From assembly GCA_965112735.1 (NCBI GenBank), contig OZ218963.1:2604001-2668000 (forward strand): a DNA stretch of 64,000 nt, read 5' to 3'. Source of the DNA: Phaeosaccion multiseriatum (Eukaryota; Protista; Ochrophyta, other classes). Below are positions 35,355 through 46,945 of this stretch, piece after piece. A program made the position numbers and the translations under genes. Each line of letters begins with the position of its first letter. Position 1 is the first letter of the stretch. Below the pieces are notes generated by a model, which worked only from the letters and a program-made list of their open reading frames with translations, was not told where the DNA came from and searched no databases.

Positions 35355-36194
35355 CACTCCGTTTGCGTAAAAATCGCCCAAATTTATAGAAAAACAGTTT
35401 TCGCGCATTTGCAGAGAAATGACGCTGGGAGAAGCGCTATAGCTGTTCGTGTAGCTCTTTGAGATGCCTACCGATACATAGTCTTTCGGCTTTCAACGCC
35501 TCTTCCCTTCCGTAGTTGTCAGCATTTCCGCAGCAGCACCCCCTGTTGCCTTCAGATAGGCTACGCAATACTAATCTAAGTGGGTAGTGTAGCCTATCTG
35601 AAGGCAACAAAGATTTCTCCCACTCTCGGGTTCGATTCTCATCTGAGCTCTCTGCTACTATTTTCCTGTGGACTTGAGGTACCCATAGGACTTCCATATA
35701 TTTTCCTGTGGACTTGGTGTACCCATAGGACTTCTACATCTTCTTGGATGGGTATCGATACCCTTGAATGGGCGATATTTTTGTTGCCTTCAGATAGGCT
35801 ACACCCCTTCCCGCGGGGGGGGGGACGGGGGATGTGCACGTCACGGAAATCGCACCAGGCTTGCCAAGGGTCCTGCTGCTGCTCCACTGTGGCTAGCTGC
35901 CTTAGCGCTGCGCCTGTTCTCTTGCAGAAGGGCGGGCAAGCTGCCCATGAGCGATTTCCGTGGCGTGCACATCCCCCTTCTCCCCCCCGCGGGAAGGGGG
36001 TGCTGCTGCGGAAATGCTGACAACTACGGAAGGGAAGAGGCGATGAAAGCCGAAAGACTATGTATCGGTAGGCATCTCAAAGAGCTACACGAAGAGCTAT
36101 AGCGCTTCTCCCAGCGTCATTTCTCTGCAAATGCGCGAAAACTGTTTTTCGCCGGAAATCGGGCGATTTGGGCGATTTTTACGCAAACGGAGTG
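35355..36194. mobile_element. piggyBac-type MITE / foldback element with long TIRs of about 200 bp, TTAA target
   Basis: TTAA|CACTCCGTTTGCG ... CGCAAACGGAGTG|TTAA. The arms are reverse complements and there is no coding content. Confidence 0.8.
35544..35803 (+). mobile_element. Hairpin mini-element family C, TSD CCCC, inserted in the MITE arm
   Basis: 66-bp palindrome 35544-35609, GGGTTCGATTC at 35628-35638, and a terminal single arm 35782-35803. The empty site is visible in the opposite MITE arm. Confidence 0.8.
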
Positions 36195-36268
36195 TTAAAA
36201 TAAAACAGCCAAACAGCTGGCCAAAACCGCCAAACAGCTGTGTCAGCCGAGGTCGGGCCTCATTTTAG

Positions 36269-36357
36269 TGTTAGAAGTCGTGCTTTTGCTAGACTGGTAC
36301 CTACCCTCTGAATTCAGACCGGGAGGTACCAGTCTAGCAAAAGTACGACTTCTAACA
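36269..36357. repeat. Family A hairpin (solo)
   Basis: 89-bp palindrome. Confidence 0.85.
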
Positions 36358-36519
36358 AGCTGTTGGAAGGCCCCGGGATAGGCATTGGGGATGTTGGAAG
36401 GCCTCAGATGAGATGGGCCATAAGTCAAAGGCCCAGGCCCAGGCAGATGCGGTGAGAACGGGTGGCGTGGCTCTCACTATCCTATGTGCGAAGGTGGTCG
36501 TTTAGGACTAGCATGCAAT

Positions 36520-39126
36520 TGTGGAAAGTCAGTCGTATGTCAGTGGCCCAGGCCTAGGCAACGCAGTGAGAAACGGTGCCCGTTTCTCACTATCCTCCTG
36601 TAGGTGGTCGTTTAGGACAGTGCATAGATAAGCTAATAGATACAAGGCCGGCTGTCAGGCTAGCTTTGAGGTGCTGCTACCTTATCTGTGTGTCTAGTCC
36701 GTTTCGTTGAGGTCTAAGCACGACTTTCCACAACCCCAAAGCTCGAAGACAGTTTGGCACTTGGCCAATAGGCTCAGCAGAGGGAGGCTTTGAGTTCATC
36801 GTGCGCTAGACTAGCACGTGGACGTTTTTGGTTAGTGTCCAAGGCACGGACACGCCACAGCTTGCTCCGTCCGGGGCGTTTAGCTTAATTAGCTTTGCTT
36901 GGGAACCGGTGGGAGAATTTATTTGTGGGAGAATTTATTGGTTGGCTTTGAAAGAGTGGCACAGCAGCGCTACCGTGGATCGGCAGCAAGAGGTAGCTAG
37001 GGATATTGCAAGGAGCAGCTGCAGGGGCAGCAGCAGGAGGCACGGAAGGATTGGCGAGCAGCTGCAGGGGCAGCAGCAAAGGATTGGATACAGCAGCTGC
37101 AGGGGCAGCAGCAGGAGGCACGGGTATCCGCTATACTTAATCAGAGGGGACCGCTGATTTAGAGGTTAGCGGCAGGAGATACAGCAGGCTTGGCTGGAGA
37201 GGCAGGGGGCGCAGCAGCAGGTGTTGGATACCGCAGCAGCTGCAGAGGCAGCAGCAGCAGCAGCAGGCACGGATATCAGGCATAATTAGGCACGCTCGGA
37301 GGGAGCAGCTGCAGGGGCGCAGCAAGAGGGAAGATGCCGGCATAGCGCGGCGATCGGCTGGCACAGAGTAAGCGTACTGGCTGGTCCCAGGAGGAACCGA
37401 TGGGGGATCACGACATGGTCAATCGGTTGATGGAGGAGCTGCATGGAATCAGGATGGACCTTGCAGCACTTCCGGTGCTACTGGGCCAGCTATTGGGTCG
37501 GGATCCAAGGCAGCAGTCGGAGGTGCAGGTAGCTGCTGCACAGGTGGGGTCGGGCAGCAAGCAGAAACGATCTAAGGTCGACTGTGGGGCAGGGCAAGTC
37601 TTTTCGTGCTTTCACTGCAAGAAGGAGCACTGTCTCTCTCGCTGCCCTACCGAACCGACCACCGGAGCCATGGTGAGGAAGATGGTGGATGCAGGGAAGC
37701 GGTACGGCTTGGGTACAGCTTCCCAGGTGGTGGTGACGCTTGTGCAGCGCACTGAGCAATACAAGCGCGTCCTTGCTCAGCTGGTGAAGGCCGTGACGAC
37801 GACAGGGCAGGCAGCACAGCGCAGAGCCTCGAAGGAGTTGCAGACGCTAGAGCTGACGGTGGCGGCCGCGGCGCAGTCTCGGCTTCGGGTGGCGCAAGCG
37901 CAGGCTCAGGAGGAGCAGGTAGAGCAGGCTGGCGTCACGCTTGCAGAGGGGTCAGTGTCTGCTGCGGTCCTCGAGCGGGAGCGGCAGGAGCGCGAGTCTG
38001 TTTGGCTGGAGGAGGAACAGTTGGAGCGGGCGCGTGTGTGTGCGGCTCAGGAGCGGGTGGAGAGGCGCCGCGTCGGGGAGAAAGAGAGACGGCAGCAGGC
38101 GCAACAAGCTGCCTTGGCTGAGGAAGCTCAGCGCAAGCTGCAAGAGGTACACACGCAGGCTCAAGCGGAGAGCACGCGGGTACAGCAAGTGCGGGACTGG
38201 CAAGAGCGGGAGGACGCACTGCGGGCTGTGGCTCAGCCTGTAGTGCGGGTGAATGGTGTTCTCAGTGGTCTTGGTTCCACTACCGAAGTTGGTGCGCGGC
38301 CAAAGAGGAGGGGGCGGCGGTCGAAGAAGCGCAAGGTAAGGCCCGACGGGGTCAGGGATCCGGCAGAGCGGCAGCTTGAGGAGGAGCGCCAGTGGCAGCA
38401 GGAGATGGACGCGAGGAAGTGTGATCCGGCAAGGCAGCGCCGGTGGCAGCAGGAGATTGCAGCGGATCGTCCGGCCTGGTTGGACCGGCCTCCTCTCTCT
38501 CTGAAGGATCGGATGCAGCAAGTGGAAGCGGCGCAGGCGCGGCTGCAGAAGCTGATGGACGAGAAGGCGGCCCAGCTGCTGGCGACGGAGCAGGCCGCGC
38601 ATGGAGTGCCTCGTACGGTTGCAACGCTGGGACAGCAGGTGACGTGGGGACGAGCCAGCGCTAGCGCAGCCGTGCGCAGCCACGGAGGGTGAGTTTGAGG
38701 CCTTGGGCTTTCTCACCCTGCCGTGGCAGGTGTGTGGCAGGGTGACCTGTGGAGTGCCACGTCACACACTGGTGGGTGAGTTTTGCATATTTCTCATCCG
38801 GTTTTTTTGGTGGCTACAGTCGAGCTTCAGTAGGTGAAAACGCTTGAGTTGCGTGGGGACACGCAACAGTCTTGTCAGGGGAGTGTTAGAAGTGCAGGGA
38901 TGGCTGACGGGGATGTGGAAAGTCAGTCGTATGTCAGTGGCCCAGGCCTAGGCAACGCAGTGAGAAACGGTGCCCGTTTCTCACTATCCTCCTGTAGGTG
39001 GTCGTTTAGGACAGTGCATAGATAAGCTAATAGATACAAGGCCGGCTGTCAGGCTAGCTTTGGGGTGCTGCTACCTTATCTGTGTGTCTAGTCCGTTTCG
39101 TGGAGGTCTAAGCACGACTTTCCACA
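36520..39126 (+). mobile_element. Non-autonomous gag-like LTR element (TR-GAG-like), 213-bp LTRs (36520-36732, 38914-39126), TSD CAAT
   Basis: TGTGGAAAGTC..GACTTTCCACA ends, a single ORF, and no pol. Confidence 0.92.
37400..38692 (+). CDS. Gag-derived protein: variant Zn knuckle and long coiled coil
   Basis: 430-aa ATG ORF with CFHCKKEHCLSRC and an E/R/Q-rich helix. Identical protein at 49107-50399. Confidence 0.75.
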   Translation: MGDHDMVNRLMEELHGIRMDLAALPVLLGQLLGRDPRQQSEVQVAAAQVGSGSKQKRSKVDCGAGQVFSCFHCKKEHCLSRCPTEPTTGAMVRKMVDAGKRYGLGTASQVVVTLVQRTEQYKRVLAQLVKAVTTTGQAAQRRASKELQTLELTVAAAAQSRLRVAQAQAQEEQVEQAGVTLAEGSVSAAVLERERQERESVWLEEEQLERARVCAAQERVERRRVGEKERRQQAQQAALAEEAQRKLQEVHTQAQAESTRVQQVRDWQEREDALRAVAQPVVRVNGVLSGLGSTTEVGARPKRRGRRSKKRKVRPDGVRDPAERQLEEERQWQQEMDARKCDPARQRRWQQEIAADRPAWLDRPPLSLKDRMQQVEAAQARLQKLMDEKAAQLLATEQAAHGVPRTVATLGQQVTWGRASASAAVRSHGG

Positions 39127-39227
39127 CAATAAGTAAATAGTGGCAAGGCTGGCTGCTAGGCTGGCTTTGGGGTTGCTGTTACCTTGTCCGTGTGTCTAGT
39201 TCTATCCTATCTGTAGGCGACAGCGCA

Positions 39228-42200
39228 TGTCGGTCGTGCGTACGTCGTTTTACAACCCCAAAGGCCCGGGCTGGTGGGGGCGACGGCGGAGGCACAGCGG
39301 CGGGTCTGGAGGGCCCGACAGGTTGTGGTCATGCGGCGGTGGCGTGAAGGGCATGTGTTCCGCTGCCCTGCGTCTGCGGCCGCTGGCGTGCCCCGGGGGG
39401 TCATGTCTCTGCCGCTCGGGGTCCCTCCATGGGAACAGTCTCTCCGTGACCCCAGCCTGCTTCGTGAGTGGGTGTGGGCGGCGCAGGAGTGGGTGATCAG
39501 CGACGCACAGACAGCTACGCAAGCTGCACAGCGCTGGGCGGCAGAGTGCGCGGCCGCGCACGCGCGTGTGCTGACGTGGGCGGCCGAAACGTTTGTGATT
39601 CCGTCGGCTGGCCGTCGCGTGCCTTCGGGGGTGGGGGCTGGGCCTTCAGTCGCGCCGGCAGGGGGTTCTGCTCTGCTGGTCGACGATTGCGATGATTTCG
39701 ACGCGCTGCTCGCGGAGCACGTCACCCTGCTGCCGGAGTGTAGTGGTGCTCTTCCTGCATTGTCTCCGACGGCGAAGGCGTGTCGAGCAGCCGCGCTCCT
39801 GGCACCAGCTGCAGACCCGGTGGAGAGGGAGTGCGTCAGTGGGTGCTCTCTGAGTGCGGAGCGGGAGCCCTGCGAGGTGTGCGTGCAGCGAGCGAGGGTG
39901 GAGATGGCGGCGCTCTCAGTTACTGACGATACAGGGGCGGCGTATCTGCGGCGGGAGGCGAGGCGGAAGCAGATTGAGATGACTCTGGCGATTAAGCAGA
40001 CAGGGCGTACCGGGGTGGCGGTCAATCCGCGTGGGCATACGGTATCGGTGGTGCTTCAGTCTGCCCTTCAATTGCGCGAGCATCCGTCACGGGCTCCGAT
40101 GTCGCTCACGGTGCAGGCCTTGGTGGACACCGGCGCCACTCACACGTGTGCCTCACGTGCGACCTTTGATCGTGGCGTCGCCGCAGGGGTCTTTCAGGTG
40201 CGGGACTTGGCGGAGGAGCGAGTGGCAGTTCGGTACGCCACGACTCAGGCCGCTACTTCAGCCTCGCTCGCTCGGGTGTGGGTGCAAATCGCCCTCACGC
40301 CTACGTGTCAGCCGGTGGTGGCCATGTGGGTAGTGGAGCACCTCGCCCGTCCCTTGATCTTAGGCCAAGACGTGCTCACGATGGTGGGGGCGGTTACTGA
40401 CCACAAGGTTCATCAGCTGTACGTGCACCCCACGGAGGCGAGTTCTCCGTCGTCGGAGCCGCGGTCGGAGGTCGACGACACCATCGCCGTGGCCGCTGTC
40501 AGCTTGGGGGAGTGTCAGGTGCTGGCGACTGAGGCACTTCGCCTCGCCCCGGGCGGCAAGGCCGCGCTCGTGCTGGAGGTGGACGGGGGTGTCGCAGGCG
40601 GGCGTCTCAGTGTGGAGTTGGGTGCCCACGGGCAGTTGCAGGCGCAGCAGGAGGCGTTGTGGTGGCTGAACCACGAGCAAGTCCTGGTGAGTCGTGCGGC
40701 GTGCGTGGTCGGTGCCACGCAGCAGTGGAGCATCGGTATACACAATCAGCACAATGAGACGATAGTCGTGGTCCCTGGGCAGGCTGTGGGCGTGGGCACG
40801 TATCTGCTGGCGGAGGAGGATCGGGGGGGCAGCGGTGGAGGTGGCGTTATGTGAGCCGGCTCCTCTTGTTGCGCCTTGCACGCCGGCCGGGGGCCTTCGT
40901 TCGCTCCCGCGTCGCTGGGCACGCTGGGGTGCGTCTCGTGCTGTGGTCGGTGGCGAGGAGCGTGGTGGTGGTGTCGGTGGAGGAAGTGCAGCAGCGGCCG
41001 TCGCAGGCACAGGAGTAGGAGGAGGCACCGGTGGAGTGGCTGCCTTGTGGCCTTCAGGTGGCGCTGGGGGAGCCGGAGGAGGAGGAGGAGGAGGAGATGG
41101 AGGAGGCGGCGACGGCGGAGGCGGCGCTGGCGGGGACGGAGGAGGAGGAGGCGTAGAAAGAGGAGATGGCGAAGGCGGCGCAGGTGGAGGTGGCGCTGGA
41201 GGAGACGGAGGAGGAGGAGGAGGAGGAGATGGCGGAGGCGGCGACGGTGGAGGAGGAGGAGGCAACGACGGAGCGGCCCGACAGGCGTGGCTCGCGGCTG
41301 TGGCTTTGCGTGAGCGCTGGGGACGCGAGGCAGTGGCCTCCGATCTGGTCGATGGGCCTGAGGATGTTTTCCGCCCTGTGCCGCTGGGGCCCGTGGCTCT
41401 GGGAGCCGTCCGTGCTCCGGTCGTGCAGGCAGTGCGGCCCGTGACGAGGGAGTCGGGCAAACACAGGCCATGCAGGCCTACTCGGCTGGGGCTCGGTCGG
41501 CGTCTACGGGTAGCGCGGCGGCACGTCTCACTCTCAGTGGAGGGGCCTTTTACTGCTGGTCCTAGCATCTTGGCTCGACACGCACGGGCCGTGGCGGCCG
41601 CAGCCGCCGCTGGAGGAGGCACAGGTGGTGGTGGTGGAGGAGGAGGAGGAGGAGGAGGAGGAGGAGGAGGAGGAGGAGGAGGAGGAGGAGGCGGAGGAGG
41701 CGGAGGAGGAGGAGCAGGAGGAGGCTCAGAGGGCGGAGGAGACGGAGGAGGCGAAGGAGGAGGAGGAGGAGGAGGAGGAGGAGGAGGAGGAGGAGGAGGA
41801 GGCGGAGGAGGAGGAGGAGGAGGAAGAGGAGGAGGAGGAGGAGGAGGAGGAGGAGGAGGAGGAGGAGGAGGAGGCGGAGGAGGAGGAGGCGGAGGAGGCG
41901 GCGGCGGAGGAGGAGGAGGAGGCGGAGGAGGAGGAGGAGGAGGAGGAGGAGGAGGAGGAGGAGGAGGAGGAGGAGGAGGAGGAGGAGGAGGAGGAGGAGG
42001 AGGAGGAGGTGCCCCTTCCCTGTGCGTGTCCGAGGTCTGTGTGGCAGCGGTGGACGGGGGGCCCTCAATTGGCGACGCTGTGACTGGGGCGGTGGAGGTG
42101 GTGCCACCCACGGTGTCTCCACAGGCCACTCTGCATACCTTGCAGGATGACGTGGCGATGGGGCAGCAGGTTGAGGCTACGGCGGGCAGCCTGCACGGCC

Positions 42201-43585
42201 CGACCTGGGCTATCGACGAGCATGGTGCCTTGACGCTTGGTGGCACGGGTGATGGACGGCAGGCGGGCACACGGGAGGCCGCTCACAGCTTGATCCTGCG
42301 TGAGTGGGCGCCGTGCCTTGCAGCGAGTGGGCAGGAGCGGCTCCGTACGTGCTTGGCGGCTGCGGAGGTGGGTGCAGTTACGGCTCTCCTGCTCTTACGC
42401 CCACACGTGCAGCAGACGCAAGGGGGACTCGAGGGTGTCGATGATGTGGTGGTGGCCCGGTGGTTGGAGCAACTCTTGTCCATGTGGAGCAGTCACTCGT
42501 TGCTGAAGCAGGCCGGTGTGGAGACGGAGCTGAACGCAGCACTGCAGTTATTCCTCACCATTCGGCGACTATTGTGGCAGTGTCGTGTCCTGCGGGCGGA
42601 GGTTGGAGGATTGGCAGGTGGTGAATGTGTGCAGCAGCAGCGGCGACGGGCGCAAGCAGCAGTGGCACGTGCCACATTCTACCAGGCGCAGCTGCCCCAG
42701 CACATGCACGCTATGACCATCGGTGATGAAGGTTGGACAGAAGCGCAGCGGTGGGGCTTGGTGGTGGTGTTGAAGCAGCGAGTAGCGGCATTCTGCGTGG
42801 ATGGGAGCGACTACGGCCGCACTGATTCGGGACGGTTTGGTGTTCCGTTGTTGGACCCGAAGCAGCCGCCAATTCGGAGTGCGGCACGGCGCTACCCTCC
42901 TCCGGTCCGCCGCGGTATTGAGATTGAGTTGAACAAGATGTTAGCGGCAGAGATCATCCGGCCCAGCACAGCAGCCTGGGCCACTCCTCTCATGGCCGTG
43001 TTGAAGACGGACGAGCACGGCAACACCAAGTGCCACGAGGACGGCACTCCGATTGTGCGGATGACGTGTGACCTGCCACAGCTCAATGACGCGTGCCGCA
43101 CGGAGGCGCCCGCCATGCCAGTGGTGGATGATTTGCTGGCGGAGATGCAGGGGTCTACGGTCTTTTCGGTGATGGACATCATGTCCGGCTACTTCAACGT
43201 GCCGATGGCCACCACGGAGGACGAGGACATCTCTACCTTTGTCTGTCACAGTGGCACGTACGCCTGGCGGGTCATGCCACAGGGAGCGAAGAATGCACCC
43301 GCCACGTTCGTACGCCTTATGAACACGGTTTTGCAGGGCCTGCAGGCGTTTGTGGCGTGCTTTGTGGACGACATTGCGGTCTTCTCCGCCACGGTGGATC
43401 AGCACATTGGCCAGTTAGACCAAGTTCTCGGCAGGATGGTGCAGCACAAGCTCAAGCTGGCGCCGAGCAAGGTGGTGTTGGGGGCACCACAGGTGCGCTT
43501 CTGCGGGCATTTGGTGGATAGTGAGGGGGTGCGGGCCGATCCAGCCAAGTATGCAGCAGTGCGAGCGCTGGCCAAGCCCACCGCG
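39228..43585 (+). mobile_element. Exo-Gypsy relative, truncated: LTR end at 39254, protease (LVDTGA) ORF 39274-40854, then poly-Gly spacer and RT 40835-43585
   Basis: RT strongly similar to copy 1 (DIMSGYF, VMPQG, FVDD). Frameshift in the G-run near 40823-40830. Confidence 0.88.
41611..42010 (+). repeat. (GGA)n microsatellite encoding poly-Gly in the pol frame
   Basis: About 400 bp of GGA/GGC triplets, with a smaller tract near 41076-41265. Confidence 0.95.
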
Positions 43586-45676
43586 TGTCGAAACTACCGA
43601 CAGCTAGCCTCAAAGCCAAGCTAGAGCAGAGCAGAAGCTGAAGCAAGCACCCGGAAGCCAGCCCACACGCAGGCTGCGCTTCCCTTCTTTTATTACTGAT
43701 TTACCGTCTGTTGGCCCGTTTTCCGGCCGTTACACTACTGATTGGGTCCCCAAGGGACCCCAACTAGGCCACTTCTAACATCCCCCTCACTACACCCCCG
43801 CCTCTTCAGCCAGCTCCCTCAGAAGCCGAGATGCGAGCGATAGAATTGCGTCTCGTGCGCCAGCCCGCTGCCCCACTTCTCATGTTGCCGCAGACGGATC
43901 GTGCTTTCCCGTTTAGACCTATGCCCTCTTTTGACATTCACTCCTGGATCAAGGGCAGTGTGCGGAAGGGCGTTCTCGAACGCCTCTATGGCCTTGGCGT
44001 GTCCCCGCTCCAGTAACCACTCAGCCCATTCCCAGGTCTGGAAAGTGCCGCCGTCCGACACGGCCCACCGCACGTTTTACTCTCGCCGCAGTGGCAGCCC
44101 CGTGGCTTTGCGCCAGCGGAACTTCACAATCCTCGCCAGCGTGGGCACTTTCCCCTCACTCACCTCGTCCAGCTCTAAGCTACGCTGCTCCTGCATTGCG
44201 CTGGTAGCCCACTGAGGAGAGCACCAACGGATATGATACCTGGCGAACCCTTCCGGGAGACCGAAGGGCCGCTCGCTCACCCCATCGATGAACGGCTTCG
44301 TCAAGTCTCTGTGGTACGCCCGTTTGTTAGAAGTCGTACTTTTGCTAGACTAATACCTGCCCTCTGAATTCAGACCGGGAGGTATCAGTCTAGCAAAAGT
44401 ACGACTTCTAACAAGACCGTTGCTAGAATACGAACCCCCCCCCCCCACCGCACATAGTGAAGAGAAGTAACTCGCAGTCTGAGAATCAGCATCATGGGCC
44501 AGCAAGCTGGTAACAGTTTTCGCCGAAAAATACGCTTTTTCACAAGCGACAGCTAAGGTTCGAACTCACAACTAGCCTTGTTAGAAGTCGTACTTTTGCT
44601 AGACTGATACCTGCCCTCTGAATAATTTTATATTTTATATTCAGAGGGCAGGTATCAGTCTAGCAAAAGTACGACTTCTAACAAGGCTAGTTGTGAGTTC
44701 GAACCTTAGCTGTCGCTTGTGAAAAAGCGTATTTTTCGGCGAAAACTGTTACCAGCTTGCTGGCCCATGATGCTGATTCTCAGACTGCGAGTTACTTCTC
44801 TTCACTATGTGCGGTGGGGGGGGGGGGTTCGTCTTCTAGCAACGGTCTTGTTAGAAGTCGTACTTTTGCTAGACTGATACCTCCCGGTCTGAATTCAGAG
44901 GGCAGGTATCAGTCTAGCAAAAATACGACTTCTAACAAACGGGCGTACCACAGAGACTTGACGAAGCCGTTCATCGATGGGGTGAGCGAGCGGCCCTTCG
45001 GTCTCCCGGAAGGGTTCGCCAGGTATCATATCCGTTGGTGCTCTCCTCAGTGGGCTACCAGCGCAATGCAGGAGCAGCGTAGCTTAGAGCTGGACGAGGT
45101 GAGTGAGGGGAAAGTGCCCACGCTGGCGAGGATTGTGAAGTTCCGCTGGCGCAAAGCCACGGGGCTGCCACTGCGGCGAGAGTATAACGTGCGGTGGGCG
45201 GTGGCGGACGGCGGCACTTTCCAGACCTGGGAATGGGCTGAGTGGTGGCTGGAGCGGGGACACGCCAAGGCCATAGAGGCGTTCGAGAAAGCCCTTCCGC
45301 ACACTGCCCTTGATCCAGGAGTGAATGTCAAAAGAGGGCATATGTCTAAACGGGAAAGCACGATCCGTCTGCGGCAACATGAGAAGTGGGGCAGCGGGCT
45401 GGCGCACGAGACGCAATTCTATCGCTCGCATCTCGGCTTCTGAGGGAGCTGGCGGAAGAGGCGGGGGTGTAGTGAGGGGGGTGTTAGAAGTGGCCTAGTT
45501 GGGGTCCCTTGGGGACCCAATCAGTAGTGTAACGGCCGGAAAACGGGCCAACGAGACGGTACATCAGTAATAAAGAAAGGAAGCGCAGCCTGCGTGTGGG
45601 CTGGCTTCCGGGTGCTTGCTTCAGTTTCTGCTCTGCTCTAGCTTGGCTTTGAGGCTAGCTGTCGGTAGTTTCGACA
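43586..45676. repeat. 2.09-kb palindrome: Exo-Gypsy LTR, pol 3' end and family A element, mirrored about 44625-44637
   Basis: The left half is the reverse complement of the right half with scattered substitutions. Confidence 0.92.
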
Positions 45677-46552
45677 GTAGTGCGGGTGAATGGTGTTCTC
45701 AGTGGTCTTGGTTCCACTACCGAAGTTGGTGCGCGGCCAAAGAGGAGGGGGCGGCGGTCGAAGAAGCGCAAGGTAAGGCCCGACGGGGTCAGTGATCCGG
45801 CAGAGCGGCAGCTGGAGGAGGAGCGGCAGTTGCAGCAGGAGATTGACGCGATGAAGTGTGATCCGGCAAGGCAGCGCCGGTGGCAGCAGGAGTTTAAAGC
45901 GGATCCTCCGGACTGGTGGGACGGGCCTTCTCTCTCTCTGAAGGATCGGCTGCAGCAATTGGAAACGGAGCAGGCCGCGCATGGAGTGCCTCGTACGGTT
46001 GCAACGCTGGGACAGCAGCTGACGGTGGGGACGAGCCAGCGCTAGCGCAGTCGTGCACAGCCACGGAGGGTGAGTTTAAGGCCTTGGGCTTTCTCACCCT
46101 GCCGTGGCTGGCAGGTGTGTGGAAGGGTGACCTGTCGAGTGCCACGTCACACACTGGTGGGTGAGTTTTACTTTTTTCCCAGTTTTTGGTTACAGTCGAG
46201 CTTCAGTAGGTGAAAACGCTTGAGTTGCGTGGGGACACGCAACATGTTAGAAGTCGTGCTTTTGCTAGACTGGTACCTACCCTCTGAATATTCAGACCGG
46301 GAGGTACCAGTCTAGCAAAAGCACGACTTCTAACAAACAGTCTTGTCAGGGGAGTGTTAGAAGTGCAGGGATGGCTGACGGGGATGTGGAAAGTCAGTCG
46401 TATGTCAGTGGCCCAGGCCTAGGCAACGCAGTGAGAAACGGGGCCCGTTTCTCACTATCCTCCTGTAGGTGGTCGTTTAGGACAGTGCATAGATAAGCTA
46501 ATAGATACAAGGCCGGCTGTCAGGCCAGCTTTGGGGTGCTGCTACCTTATCC
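45677..46552 (+). pseudogene. Diverged 3' fragment of the gag-like element with a partial LTR
   Basis: Homologous to about 38240-39080. Confidence 0.85.
46245..46335. mobile_element. Solo family A hairpin with TSD AACA
   Basis: 91-bp palindrome (centre GAATATTC). Empty site near 38864. Confidence 0.9.
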
Positions 46553-46943
46553 CGTCTGAATTCAGAGGGTAGGTACCAGTCTAGCAAAAGTACGACTTCT
46601 AACAAGGTAATTGCGAGTTCGAACCCTGGCTGTCGCTTGTGAAAAAAACGTATTTTTCGGCGAAAACTGGTACCGGCTTGCTGGCTTGCTGACCCATTAG
46701 TCTGATACCCAGACTGCGAGTTACTTCTCTCCACTATGTGCGGTGGGGGGGGGTTCGTCTTCTAGCAATGGGCTTGTTAGAAGTCGTACTTTTGCTAGAC
46801 TGGTACCTACCCTCCCGGTCTGAATTCAGAGGGTAGGTACCAGTCTAGCCAAAAGTACGACTTCTAACATTTTCCTAGACTGGTACCTCCCGGTCTGAAT
46901 GCAGAGGGTAGGTACCAGTCTAGCAAAAGTACGACTTCTAACA
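46553..46943 (+). mobile_element. Family A subfamily copy with a tandem partial hairpin
   Basis: Half hairpin, variant internal region (AGGTAATTGCGAGTTCGAACCC), then two hairpins. Confidence 0.82.
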
Positions 46944-46945
46944 GC

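Larger units (their letters stand above)
36361..39222 (+). repeat. LTR type D (TGTTGGAAGG..GGCGACA), split by the gag-like element
   Basis: The rejoined halves match the reverse complement of about 46946-47195. Confidence 0.75.

Noticed and set aside
40360-42270. Formin/extensin-like poly-Pro ORF and the poly-Glu/poly-Leu ORFs
   Set aside because: These are alternative-frame readings of the (GGA)n tract. The Gly frame is the one continuous with RT.
44325-44937. DIRS/tyrosine-recombinase or Penelope element
   Set aside because: No YR or GIY-YIG coding sequence. TG..CA ends and 4-bp TSDs in sibling copies point to a DDE integrase.
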